Source: Fimbriosthenelais zetlandica (Eukaryota). Taken from it: DNA of 64,000 bases. The notes under the pieces are model-generated. The model was given only the letters and a program-made list of their open reading frames with translations, did no database searches and was not told where the DNA came from. The stretch covers positions 31,000,001-31,064,000 of the forward strand of contig OZ365113.1 in assembly GCA_977030845.1 (NCBI GenBank), written 5' to 3'. The translations under genes and the position numbers were made by a program. This document shows positions 22,822 to 37,200 of the stretch, piece after piece (positions within the stretch are counted from its first letter, which is position 1; the number at the start of each line of letters is the position of its first letter).

Positions 22822-23069
22822 GAGTTGGGGTCGGTGCCGGGGGTAGACATGGGTGTTGGGGTGGAGGTTGGGGGCCGGGGAGGGGTCCGGGGGGCTAAAT
22901 ATTTTTTAACATTGGAGCCTATGGGCCGTACCTACACAGTGGGCTATTCCAAGGGGTTAGCCTTTACAAATAAGGCTGGAATTTTTTCAGGGAGTTGGTG
23001 GGGGTGCTGGGGGTAGACATGGGGATTAGGGTGGAGGTTGGGGGCCGGGGAGGGGTCCGGGTGGCAAAA
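22822..23069 (+). repeat. G-rich direct repeat pair (~78 bp, ~169 bp apart) with multiple G-tracts
   Basis: gggggtagacatggg..ggggtggaggttgggggccggggaggggtccggg occurs at ~22822 and ~22991. Confidence 0.75.
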
Positions 23070-23146
23070 TAATAATACACATTTTGATTCAGCCTTGTCC
23101 TGGGCGGTTCAGGCTAAATTTGAGGGGGTGTAGAATAATGTCATGT

Positions 23147-23215
23147 GAGCCAGGTAGTCTAGAGGTAAGACTCTCACCCGGAACGCGAGCGACCGGGGTT
23201 CAATTCCCTCGTGAA
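23147..23215 (+). mobile_element. tRNA-derived SINE-head-like sequence
   Basis: A-box-like tagtctagaggtaag and B-box ggttcaattcc at tRNA spacing; resembles tRNA-Pro/Glu D and T arms; the acceptor stem does not close. Confidence 0.55.
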
Positions 23216-25291
23216 ACATTACTATTTTTTTTATATTGAATCCCTAGGCTACACCAAAGGATTTATGTATTTTCCAGCCTTTATTAACCAGACATGAAGG
23301 AGAGAAGGGTTTATAAAGAAGATTATAGAATGAGCAGGAGCTCGGGAGTAAGTCTGTGGCAGTATGCCTATGGGTGCGCTTTCTAAACATATCTTTTCAA
23401 AAGGGGCCGCGGGACTCTGAGAGCGTATGGGAGAGCTAATGGCGACCTTGTGATCAGGAATTTTCTCCGATGAAATTAGGTATACTGCCTGCCTATCAAA
23501 ATTTCTTCTTTGTCGGTACGGTCCTGCCTAATATATTACTGGTATCAATAAGTTAGCAAAAAGGAAGGAAGAAATCATTTTTATTCACAAAGGGCTTAAG
23601 TCTATAATTATGTAGGCCTACATTAATTGTCTCCGGGATATGTGATATTTATCTAGTTTAAATGATTGACTTGGCAGTAGAGAAGTTTGTCAATGACCGT
23701 TCCTACAAGCATGGCGTCTTTATAATAGTTGGCCACCGTACTACAATGAATCCTCCTCCATTTTCCCATTTTTCATTTTCAATCTCAGCACCTGCGAAGG
23801 AATTTGTATATTATTAACCATTATAAATACCAGGGAAGGGGGGGGGGGACTGGATCCTCTCAATTACCTGTGACGCACATTTATTAGTATGATCTTCTAA
23901 ATGCTGCATACTATCAAAAGTGATGGGCTGAAGACTAATCCACAGATCTCCTGTGTTTTTATCAACATCAATGTTATCCGGGACTGAATAAACTGGGATA
24001 TCCTGGAGTACAAAATGATAGCAGTCAAATAGTGTAGTAACATAATCCCCTTTATAAGCATAAACCTGTAAGACTTGAAAAGTAGGCCTAATGATAATGT
24101 ACAGTCTAATTAAAAAGTGATAGATTTACTCCTTTGTTCACCCCGAACCAGTGCAGTAGTGGGGTTCAATTCCCCACCAAAATTTATTAATTACACTAGG
24201 CCTACATTACGTTCTCTGAGCGTGCAATATAGCTAGTATTCTCACACGAGCGGGCTAGCGTGGCGAAGTCCCATTGATTTAGCATGAGGGGTTAGTTCAC
24301 ACTCTTCCCGTAAGACGGACTGTCACTTTCGGCCGACGTCTGGTGCTGCCACCTACTAGGAAAGAGAAGAAATTGACCAAATTACCTATTATCGCCCAAA
24401 ACAAAACCGCTTCGGTTCTCTCGTCGTTTTAAAGGTTATTATACAGCTTACACCTGCTCTTTTGAATGCGGAGTATTCTCCATGAAAATCTACAGACACA
24501 TTTCAATTTTAGCTGATTTGGGTGCTTTTATAGATTTGCAAACGCCGTCTAAAAATTCCAAGCGATGCCCCATTGACTTAGCACTGAGCGATAGTTCACG
24601 CTTCTACCGAGGGCGGCGTCGTAGTATAGGGCGTTCTCAGCACATTCATGAACCATTTCTGAAATAAAGTATAGTTCAATTAAGTCAAAATCCCGAATGT
24701 GAATAGACTAAAAGTCTATCTAGAATCATACATGGAGTTTGGGAGCCAAGAATGGCTAAATATTTTTAAAATGATGCCTGAAGTTTGATCCCGTTGAATT
24801 AGCGTCTGTGGCAAGGGAACTCAAGAACAGGCCTAAATTCGATAAAAGATGCTAACCTAGTCGAGCGGCAAACCCCCAATCGTGAACTTAATCCCACGGG
24901 GATTGGTGGCAGGCCATAAACGGTGACGAGCATGGGTTGTATTTTATAGAATTTCAGCCCAATACGAGCATAGATTATACGATCAGAGAGTAGGCCTATA
25001 GATTATGATATACATGTATAACTCGTAGCGATTAATATGCAATACCATATAGGTAGGCCTACTTAACCTATTAGTGCAGACCACTTACGTACTGCATGGT
25101 CTTAACTTTCTCTTGGGCCAGGAGCTCTAACCTAACTTGCACAGTGCCAATATTCGGTTTATACGAAGGAGGACTGACAGAAAAGAAAGTTAGTTTTGGT
25201 GGTTCTTGCAAACAGCTATAGGAATGTATAATTAATTGAAAACTGCATAGATATCCACACTTATTGAAAATATAAGATAAATATAATAAGT

Positions 25292-28200
25292 ATGCAGAAC
25301 TGCTACAAAAGGTGCAAAGGTTCTGCTTTACCCGCAGACCGGGATAAAAGACTTACCACAAAACAAGCATTGGCGTTTTTGCAGGATATCGGAAAAGAAA
25401 ACCAAGACTTAAAATGCAGAATTGAAGAGCTCGAGGTGAGAAAAACTTATCCTATTTTTTGCCCATGATATTAGCTAAATTTCATGTCGTGCAAAGTCTG
25501 TTTCCAATAGAAAATTGACCAAGACATCAAATATTATATTTCAATTGCAGGCGCTATTATTCCAAATCATATTTAATAATATTATTGCTTAAATAATAAA
25601 ATTGTTAGACCTTCTTAGCTGATTAATCTGCAGCTATAACTATACATACTTTCCGTCTGAAACATACCCGACCATCAACAGAATTAATTTCGCCTAATAT
25701 AATTACAGAGTAGGCCTATATAGTTTCAATACGTTTTGGGGGATTAAAGGTCAGGATATAATAATTTCGAATAAACAGCTTTAATAAACATTCTTGCTGT
25801 TCTTGCTGAATTTCACTTCAGACCATAGACTTTGGCACATGAAACCTATATATCTACGTAATACTCAAGTTACCAAAATGATGCTGCAGCGCTGGAAATG
25901 AACATGAGTGATTTTGGAACGCATGTATTTTCAGTGATAACTTCACTCTAACTGTCGTTGATAGAGGGAAATTAGAATGACATTTAACTGGCCTGGTTTC
26001 TCCAATAAATCAATATGAATACAATAACATTACATGGAGGAATTATGTAATTCATAAGTGCATCGGAAGCACCTCAGGAATAGTAAAATACATAATTATA
26101 TAACTACTCAATTTATACTACATGAATTCGAAAGATCAAATAGGTAAGAAAAAGGTTGCCGATTAAAATATAGAGCTAGGCTTAATCCTGTAGTTCATTA
26201 TATGACCCGCGGCCCTTTATATTATATATGGGATTAGATCAGGATACTTAACGCTTCTCTAACGATCATGAAAGCTTTATTTTAATATTGAATCTCATTA
26301 TTTATTCCAGTGTAGATTATCAGGATGTCAGGAGATCCATTGTGAGGCGGAGATGAACGCTATCCTGGTCAAGAAACTCAAAGTGAAACTAGTCGCCGCC
26401 GAGGCCGAGATCACCAAAAAGATCACAGGGGAACATCAGAAAGAGGTGAACTCCATAATTATTCTGTTTATACATGTACATTCTACTTTTAAACCTTTCC
26501 CTATTTTTCTGTCCATATTTTTCGTCACAAATATTTCTGACTGACAATCACCATCCATAATCCGACATTAGTGGACTTTTCCCTGGTGTATTTAAAAAAA
26601 TTCAAAGGGTCTTCGGCAGTTGCACTGTATGACATTTGCATGAATATCTATAGTGTATTATTTTCGCCAGTATTTGGCTTGCTATACTTTACTATCGACC
26701 TGATATTATAGTCGTTTTATTGGTCAATAACGGGAAGAGTGAAGCCTGAAGAGCGCTCCCCAACTAGATCCACAGTTTTATCTCAGAGTTTATAACGGGC
26801 AAGCTGTCGGAACGGGTTGTTTGATTAAGGTCGTTTGAATCTTCAATTCATTTCACATCACAAACATGCATTGTGACACCTATTGCGTTCACAGAGTGGC
26901 CCCAACATTACCTTTACAGTCGTTTACAGTTAGCGTGGAGAATAGTGCTCAGGAAGGGACTAAAAATACCATGTCAGGAAAGCGTCATAACTGTGCAACA
27001 TCACATAATTTGGATATAGCCTTAGCTTACCGAGATCAAGAAATGGTAAGGACATTTAAATTGAATGTATCCTCGTCGTATAGTGCTGTATATAGCTTCA
27101 CAAGTATTAATTATTGGTACTTTAACTGTGACAGTTCGAGATTTTAAATTTGTTTCAAAACAAAACGAAACTAAAGAGGATAAACCATCTAGGCCTAATA
27201 TTTGGAGAGCTAAAAAATTCGGTCGATGTATGAAACGGTCTCAAAACACTTGGAATCTCCTACAATTCTTCAATGCTAACGAAAGACAGATCCTAGAGTA
27301 TGTCTCAGTTTTAGATTAATAAAATATTAATATTACTCCATACAGTATATGAGAAAACGGAAACTATACAGTCTACCCCTACAGGGTGAGGCTGTTCATA
27401 ACATTTGAATCATGAGATGAACCAACATATTAGCGTATAGCCTAATATACATGTGATTCCTGCCATTCATTCGATATGGGACCGTAAGCCAGCGCCATCT
27501 AACCTAGCGGCTGGGATGCGAACTACCATTGTCAAAGATCTGAAGAGCTACCGTAAGCCAGTGCCAAACAATCAAGTGGCCGGGTGGTGAACTAAGGTTA
27601 AAATTTAAATGAAAGAGATCAAACCTCGCCCCTATGACTGTATGAGCTTCCACGTGTTGCATCTATAGGCTTATTGCTAGGACCTTAATAATAAATAGGC
27701 CTATGAAGGCTATGATGGTTAGTAGAATGAGAAATAGTCTAATATAGAATTTAGGCTGACCTCATTTGATTTGAAAGTAAAGGAACAACATAGCCTTAGA
27801 ATCACGTGACGCAGCGGAGCTCGCCACTTGAACTAAAGTCACGTGACCGTCGTGTTGCGACCTACCTGAGAGACTCCTACCAAAAACCGTCGACACATTT
27901 TACGACACTCATAGAACATTATTGGCGTCGTTTTACGGCAGACAGCAAATCTGGTGGCTGCAAATGCGATGGAAATGGGTTGTCTCTCAATAGATTTGTC
28001 CATTTTATTCTGGTGCCCCGATCCAAACCTGTCAAAAACGAGAAAAAATGGGTGTCTATGATAGGCCTATGTCTTATATTAAATTTTAGTTATCATAAAT
28101 CTGTTGCATACATTGTTTGTACTTCATTAAAAAGATTCATATCATAGGCCTAGGTCTGGTGAATTCTAGCAGTTATAATTCAATTTCTAAGAAAACAAGA

Positions 28201-31200
28201 AGAATGTGTGACAACTAACATCTCTCCCAAACACTTTAGGCCTACATCGAATTACTAAATTAAATTTCAATATAGGGCCTACGTGTGTAAGCCTAGCAAG
28301 CATTTGCCTCATGTCCATACACTAGCTCCTCATTCTGGAGATTTGTTTTGCCTACGTAGGCCTATATTCGTTTTGGAATGGATATCGGTCAACATGAAGG
28401 CCCATGCAGTTGCTTCCAATTCCCACCTAAGTAATTACCTGCAACTCCCAGATATTGCACATAGACCTAGACCACTTACCCTATTTCCCCCTCATACTCC
28501 TCCCCACCTACCCTTTCTCCCCCACCCCCAACCCCCGCCCACCCTCAAGCTATATGCCCTGCCCAGTGCGCCAGCATTAAACTCTGCTGACTGACCTAGG
28601 CCTGCCCATGACACATGAATGTAATTAAGGCATTATTTGGCTGACCGAGTTTTCTCTCTCCTTCTGTTATCGTGATCCATGTCTCAGGCCTCTCCTGCCC
28701 GCCTGCTCCCCCTTCTTGTCTTCCTCTCTCTGGACCCAAGGGCAAGACCCTGTTTCTGCACATCAAGGATTTCATATCGCCCTCCATTGTCCGTCATGCC
28801 CTCCACGGGCCCTTGCCTGCAATGTATTTATTAGGCGCGGTCCCAGCTCGGCCGCTTGCAGCCGCCGAAATTAATTGTTTTGATGTGGGCTTTTCTGCCT
28901 GCTTAATCTACAGGAATTCCGGGTAAGAAATTGGGATTAGGGGCAGTAATAAGAAGAAATGGATGGGAGTTGGTCTAGCCCCTGGCTTGTACTGTGGACA
29001 GGGGCGTGTCCAGTGAAGGGGCAGGGACAGAAAGAGCACCAGCTAATCCGGGGGAGGAGGAAAGAATAGCTAAAGGGGATGTTACACTCTTTATAATCAC
29101 CCCCTCTGATGCTAGAGTCATTTCAGCTTGCATAACAAGATTTAAAGCAGAACGTGGGGTGGAGAGACAAGAGCGCAGATTTCCTGATGAGCGTTGGGCG
29201 CGGGATTTGAATAAGTTGCATTTAGGTTGGGGGATTGGGTTAGCCAGGCGGAAGGGGGCCGATCTTTTATGCGTCCTTTGTCGGGGCTGGGGCAGGGCAT
29301 TAATTGGTTTGTCTGAAGGGCCAAGTCGGGCCGCCCTACTCTCAGCCCCAATACATCATACCATGGCCCCTCAATATGAATTCCTAAGACATAATCAATT
29401 CGCCTTGGCATCGGGTCCAGGCGAGCGCTATTGTTGCGCTACCTCGTTAGCGTAATACTGTGCCTTGACCACTGTGGAAAAAATATCTGCCACTGTCCAC
29501 TGCTGCTCAGCCCCCTCAATCCCCCCCTCCTCCCAGATCCCTCACCCCGGAGGGCAGCGAGCAAAATACAGGGTGATTAGGGAGCAGAATGCTTGTCCTT
29601 TCTGCTTAAACTTCCAGCAATGGCAATGGAGGGAGCCAGCCTTGGCGCCCCTCTGTTACCATGGTGAAGATGCCACCTCCATGCCACTGAGACCAGCTAT
29701 AGGGACACTCCCTGAGCCAAGCTCCCAAATTATGGGAAATAAGACGAGACTGACTGGACTGGTATCCTAGAGGGTGAGGTTATGATCAAGGTTGGCAGAT
29801 ACAAACTTCCATGCACGCCATCCTCCTATTATCATCAGTGTAGCTATGCCAGTCGGATATGACTCTCATAAAGTTATGACATACTGGTATATATCATGTG
29901 AACAAGCTGGAAGGCTCTCCCATTAGGCTGCACATTCAAATTGATGAATACATTGGCAAACAACATCCTCTGACTTTTTAATCTCTTGATCAGTGTTTTG
30001 TTGCGATTTTTTTTCCCGGGGATATAATCAAAAAGATTACATAAAACTCAATCACTGAGGTCCTATAATCAATGCATGCATCAAGCTTTTAAAACGAATA
30101 TTGCCTCAGGACCAACGGAAAATTGGTTAAAATTAATGCAGTGTCAAGGATGTCGTGCAGAGATATTCATTAAGCCATCAAGTGGGATTGGTGGCCAGGT
30201 TTTCGGTGGATGTTATGAGGTGATTCAGCGGAGTACTGGAATTCAGGTTTGGATCCTATATATATAGATCTATTGACAAGTATTCCCAAACTGCATTTCG
30301 TATCAATGACCTTCTTCAAATTTTAAGGCCTCAAAAGAAGGATGGGGATGAGGCGACTGAAATCGAAAGTCATGAGATGACAGGGCAGTGACAGGACTGA
30401 CAGTGGTCAGTTTTATGATGGTCAATAGAGGCTGGCTGGGTTATGGCATGTCTGGTCTTACTCGGGTTTATGGGTAGAGTAAATGGTACCCACTGGGCAG
30501 TGCGTCTGGTGTGGCCGGGGTGAGGGTTTCAGGACAGGGGGCGAGGCGGGAGGGATGGATGGATGGATCAAAGGTTGGGTGGGATAGTTTATAGATGCCT
30601 GAACCTGGAGTGCAATGGTGAAGACTATCAATGAAGGATGGAGGCGTCATATATGCATATTAAACTGACAAACATCCTAAAGTTCATGCTTGATATCACA
30701 AAAACAAGCTTTTATAACTAAGATTTTTCCTTGAGAATAAATTACCATACCTCAATATCAAATACCTGCTGATCAGCACCCCAAATTGTATTAATGGAGT
30801 AGTAGTTCCACTGGAGTTCTCCTGCCTGTGTAAGTGTACTCGCAGGAGCGAGGGGTGCCTATATTGAGCATACGATTAGTACATGCCGAGGCCACAATCA
30901 TATCTTCAATATGCGGTCACATTCGGTGAACGATTCAAACTTATATAGCCTATTAAGTACACACGGCTATGTTGATTTTCGTTGACTATTGCTTTAAAAC
31001 AGTGAATTATTGTGGCCATAAGTCACTGCCATGAAGTAGCACCAACCACAGCGTGTACCAAAGTCATCAGACCACTAACTGGTGTGGCAGGTATTCAATT
31101 TGAGGCCATAGAAATGTCAAATACAAGGACTAGCCGCAACAAAATCGCAACAATCGCAATGCAAAAGAACCCTAGTGGAGCTACCCCAAGCCTGAGCATG

Positions 31201-34200
31201 CACGCTAGAAATGTCGTTTAGCAATGAGACCATCTTCATAGGATTAGTATTGTTGTAGAGTCAGCCATGCATGCAGATACTAATCTACTATTGATCCTTG
31301 ATTGTCATTATGGAGGTTTTAATGGGGTCACCTTACGTCATTGCCATGGTGACTGGTTAACAGCAGGAGAGGGGTCAGCTCACCCACAACCTGTCCCCAG
31401 CTGCAGGTCAGTAACGAAGCAGATGGTTAGAAGGATCAATTCAATTGTCTTTGCACCATTAGAGGCTGGAGAGTAAATACCGGTACATTCTTAGCAGGTG
31501 CTGGGATAAAACAAGTGAAAAGCATTAAGCTACAGTCGCCAGCCGAACGTTACACTGGTCAGGGGGGCAGCGGTAAGTGTTTTATTACGGACTTGAAGAA
31601 AGGGAGGAGAGGCTCGAAGAGAGAAGGGAAATTAGAACTTTGAGGCACATTGCATTAAAAAGTTAAATTTTAACTATCAGATTTCTACGACGAGGACAAG
31701 CTTGTTTTACTTTTCTTCTGCTAAAAAAGTGGCTTCATCTAAGTCCCTACGTGTAGTTCTGGCAGAAGTTCAAACAAGAAAACGCTGAAGTAGTAGATGG
31801 GACAGTGTTCCTGTGAGTATAGTATATGAAATTACTTGTATCATAGTAGTGCATTGAAATGCGGAGGAGTGTTAGGCTAATGTGAGTAGTATATGTAAAT
31901 GGCATTAAGATCATAGTAGTACATGGAAAAGTGGGATATAAACGGGAATGTGGGAGAAATAATGACTTTTTGGCATTACCATGTCATGTCATCAGCATGC
32001 ATTTATGAGGAACATGTATGGGATGGGATTAATTCAGGATTCCTACTCAATCCACCCATCGCCATATCGGGGATGGTAAAAGTTACCCTCTTCTATAAGC
32101 AAGTCAAGGACTGGAGTAAAGCCTTTTATTTAGCAGCCTTATAATCTCGGGCCATTAAACACAAGCTTTATGTATAACGCTTACGCAGGACTGTGGCAAA
32201 GTGCGAGTGACAGATTAAAAGATCATCAATGGGGGCGTATCTGGGGCCAGCCCCAAACATGGGGGTGATACAGAAATAATCTCATCTGGCCCAGTCCATC
32301 CCGGCACTGTCTGAGCCCCCTTGCCTTCTTTATGCATACAGATGCTGTGGGAAACTTCATCAAGCTTCAATTTTGCCGCTGCTGTAATCTTGCTGGTGTT
32401 AGCGCCGGAGTGGCAGCCTTTTAATCTGGGAGTGTCTTTAATCCAAAGCCTTGGGGGTGATTATCTCTTGTGTCCACAGACTCCTAGCCGGGGCCCCGAG
32501 TTTGCATACTAAGGGCCCCTCGAGTCGGCCAAGGGTTGGGGCAAGGATGACGGGGGTTCGCTGAGACAGATGAGTATGCATGTCATAACGACTCGCCAAG
32601 TCAAGCGCTCAGTGCCAATTAGGACCTGCGCGCATGCCCAGTGAAGAACTTCCTGTGGCCCGCCTCGCCCCAAGTCACTGCATTATCGCCCGGGCTGCGC
32701 CTTGCCGACATAATCAATGGGCGCGAGCCAACGCCAAATTTACGGCGCACCTTTGCTTGGCTGCCCATACATTTCTGCACTCTCTTCTCAAGATTAGTCT
32801 TAATTCCTCAGGGTGTTGGCCATTTTTATGTGCACTCAGTCTTGATGAATCAGAAGCAAGGCCTGTGCTCCCTAACCAAGCCTGGGGTCTAGGTTTGTGT
32901 GGAGGGTGGTGGGGGCAGGTTATTTTCCCTGGTGGTGAAATATTGGACCAGGACAGCACTTCTCACTAAAAGAATACAGCACTCGGGCAACTAGCTGTGA
33001 GGGGAAATCACTGATATATTCCCGGCGCAAATAATGAAGTAGAACGCAAACAACATCCTTATAAAGTGAATCACATTCTTCATGTGACACTGGTCCAATA
33101 AAATGGCAACTTCATGGCCTTGAAACTGTATATCACTAATATCTTATCTCTAAGTGTATCAGATATTCCCCCAGTCTTTTAATATCTTTTAATCCACAAA
33201 TTCCATCCTTTAATCTTTGATCTTATTCTTTTTAGGGTAGGGGGAATAATGAGTCAAGTGTCTCTTCGGGTCCTTGGGGTGAGGACTGGCAGGGTCTTGT
33301 CCAATGGTTGATAAGGAAAAGACAAAAAAGCCAATCGCTGAGATGAGACCTGGAAAAAAGATGTATACTTTCAATCCAATGTGTTCAAAGCAAACCTCAG
33401 CAGGTCAGGGAGGATGTGGCACATCCTCTCTCTCTCCTCAGCCTGCCCAGGATGCGGCGAGACTATCTTGATTTGCTGGCTGACTGACCCCCCCTGGCCA
33501 CTGCCTGGGTTTTCCTCAACGCTTCATCTTCATGATGAAATGAAATAAAAGATAGGCTCAGACTTGTCACTGTGGAGATAAAAAGCCTGGACCAACAATG
33601 GGCAGCCCGTAGGGTTAAATTAGTTTTGTTTGGGGAAGACATGCACCATGAGGGCCAATGCAGGGGCAAACCTAGCTTTGCCGTATTGAAGACAGGTCAT
33701 AGAGGGATCAGCTCATAAAAGCTCTTATCTCTTGCAGACCGATAATGGCAAGTGATAACACGAGAATCAAGAACGTCACATCACTCAGCAATGTGAAGAA
33801 AAGACCAAGATTTTGGAATCAGCTCCGGGTGAAAGATACAAGAGACTTGATTGTCTTTGACCAGTGGAAATCTCCGCCACCATTTTGTTTTTGTTTCTCT
33901 GGTCACATTTCATCTTTTTCATCGGAGAAAGTGATCGCCTCGAGTTTATGAGGAAGCCGAAGGCGTTATGAGCTATCTTATTTCATGGAAGACCTTATGT
34001 GCGCTTCTCAAAGAACTAAAAAGAAAAACAATATGGTGCGAAGCTGGAGATATTTTGTCATATTCATTGGTAAGACTCCATTGCCTGCATTATAGGTGGT
34101 GTTATTTCTCTTGCTTTTGCCATACGGTTAACATAGGCCTCATACATGCAGAGTATGTAAACCACTCGTAATTGATGTACTCTGGTATGAAGGTCTTCCT

Positions 34201-37200
34201 TCACTACTAAGGCTAATTAAAGGAGGAATACCTTGGCATCCTTAAAGACTACAGTTTACCTTCTGTCAAATCATCACCTTCACTTAAAAATGCACTCAAT
34301 GCACATAACCTTTGTTCCGCCATTTTTCTTGACATGGCTTCAAACCATGCATTGATTCACAGCCAAAGTGTGTTGTACTGTGAGCGTGTAGAAAGATCAA
34401 AAACATGGCCGCGGAGAAAGAGGTGAGACTAATTCCTCGGTCATAAGGCGTGTGTCTCCTTTTCTCCAGGTCACCGAGGATATAACAAAAATATCTTTGA
34501 CTCACTGCTTATTCTCATGAAGCCACACTCTCGTGGCAAGAGCAGTATGGTGACCAATTTCCTCGTGAAAAATATAAAAATGAAAATTAACAATGTCAAT
34601 TCAATATCAATAATAATCTCAATATTCATTGCTTCATTGCATGTAAGTTGTATATTTTTTAATATTTCAGACCAAAATTCCCAATAACAAAATCATAGGA
34701 TACTAAGAGCATGTAATTCATAAATCAGTTTCTGTGATATTCTTACGATATTAAAGATCAAGGGGTTGGGAGGGGGCGGCAGAAAAAATTGTCTTTTATC
34801 TGGTCTACAATTGCAACTGAAACATTACTGAGTAGTATAATAGATGAAAACTCCCATAGGTATTTGGTCCATCACGGAAGGCCTAGCTGTCTACCAACGA
34901 AAATCTATAAATTTTTGATTACCCAAGTGCTTTAATTAGCTCTTGGAACTAGCAACATCAGCATCAAGCTTACACACATGAGCTTAGTCGGTGTGTGAAG
35001 TAGAATAGCAGGAAGTGAATCAGCATCATGTGGATTAAATAGAGTCGGTGTATATATTGTCATTCTGCTTTACTTCCTTAGGATACCAGTGAAAAACAAT
35101 ATCGTATGGAAACTAATGGTAGGCCTATATAAATGAGGTAAAGGTGTATTTTGAATTTATTCTATCTGCTGCCAGTGGTGCTACATCTCTTAAAATGTAT
35201 GTAGATACGCTATTGCCCTAGATCACGTGTCTGATTTTTCCGTGTATATGAATCTTGTTTTCCATCCTGGAGAGTTGAATTTGAGGCTAAGAATATATCC
35301 ATATTATTATGTTTAATCAGGGGTTTCTCAGACTTAAGCCAGCTACTCATACCATATAGCGCCATGGATTGGCGCTCACCAGCCAAGCTGTAGAATGGCG
35401 TCACGGCAACACAGCCATCTCTATGGTGGACGGGTAGCCCTTGAGCCAATTCGCATGGCTTGACCAAGATTACTGCCTCTAGATGTGTTTGGACTTTGGG
35501 CTCAGTTATTGCCCACTTTTGTTTGCTTTGCTCGCTCCGAGAAATGAAGATTCTGACCGTCAGGGTCAGAGGTCCACCCGAGGAAGCACATATGTGTGAT
35601 TTCTCCCAAAGAACTTTTAACATAATGGTATTTTTTTTGGAAGGAAGTGACCATCTTTGACAGCTGGAAATGACTGACTTCTATTGAATATCATAGAAAA
35701 TCTGAGGATCTTCCCGAGTATATAGCATTTTGAAATGTTCAGATTAGAAGATAAATTAATAATTGTATGTTTCAGTTTTATGTCCAACGTTTATTGATTT
35801 TTCTGTATTTCAGAAATTGGAAGATATTAACCCAAAATGGCCCTGTCAAATCTATTAAACCAAGCCAAAGCAAGTAACTTTGAAACGTGATATTTGTCAT
35901 AAACACGAGTTTGATATATTGTGTCCACCATTGCACCTTCATCAACCATTGCACGGCATGCAGTGTATTAAGGATCCGGCGGAACAATTGCACGGAACAC
36001 TTAATTCAGCATGAAAAATAATCAGTAAATAATGAAAGGAAATGTATGACAAGCATAGAATGTAGATGCGAAAAGAATATATGCACATCTTTTGAAATTC
36101 TGCATGGCATATGTGTCTTGACGCACGAATTGATTTACAGAGCATCATTTTATTAACGAATTCTCTCATAAATACGATGAAATTACTGTAGCTTTGAAGA
36201 AAAGTCAGCAGCACACATGTATACATGTATATGGATAGGAGCGCATCAGAAACAAATATGCTTTTTAGACGTAAAGAACTGAAATCACATTGACTGCCAT
36301 TGTACCTTGATGAATCCCTATTCCAATAGGGAAATGCATATCCGTTATTATTCTAATTTCATCAGAAGCTACAAAAGGCAGGGTGTAGCAGCTAGAGAAA
36401 AAACATTGTTCGTGTGTAATGAATGTTTTGTGCTTGTAGCGACTTTCTTAAGCATCCATTTGGTGACACGGATCTTTTGCCTAAATGAGTTTGTCTTTCG
36501 TGGGCCTTTACCTATGAAGGCTTTTTACAGCGTAAAGCAATACATTCATTATGAGCCTTGTTATGAATATGGACGGCCGAGTGTAAAGAAAATCTCTCTT
36601 TGCATTCAGGTCATAAAAGAGTTTTCCATAGATGAAATGACATCTTCACACATACTCCTTTTGTACCCAATCACAGAGGAGGGAAGAAGGGAATGGAGAT
36701 TAAAAGATCATGCATGAATAATCTGGATGGATGTCTATATCATTCTTTTTTTATTATCTACAGTTGATGGCAAAAGTTGAAGAGAAGGCAGAGGCAGAGA
36801 AACAATGGGAACTCGAAAAACAGAAAGTATGTATGAAATATGACTGACTTATTATACAGAAAACAGTACGTGTATATCATTTCATTCTATATGGAGATAT
36901 TTATAGATAATTTGTTAACATCGGAGCCATCATGCTAATGTTTAAATATGTCAAGTCTTTTGGCCATCATGGAGATGGTATAAGCAATCATTTTGCCAAG
37001 GTATGATGCCTTTTCCTCCCCCTCACTTTCATCCTACTTCAATCCATTTGCTTTGGCTAAAAGTGATAAAACATGCATCCATCTTATATCTGACCTCTAT
37101 GTGCTACCCATTACAACTTCGGAGCAATTTCAGCGGCCCGGCCAGAGCAACTCTGTCTTGGCCAACCAGAGGCCGAGAGGCCAGAGACAGATTAAGTCAC

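Noticed and set aside
31012-31221. Hydrophobic antisense reading suggestive of a membrane-protein pseudogene
   Set aside because: Interrupted by stops, with no family motif identifiable.
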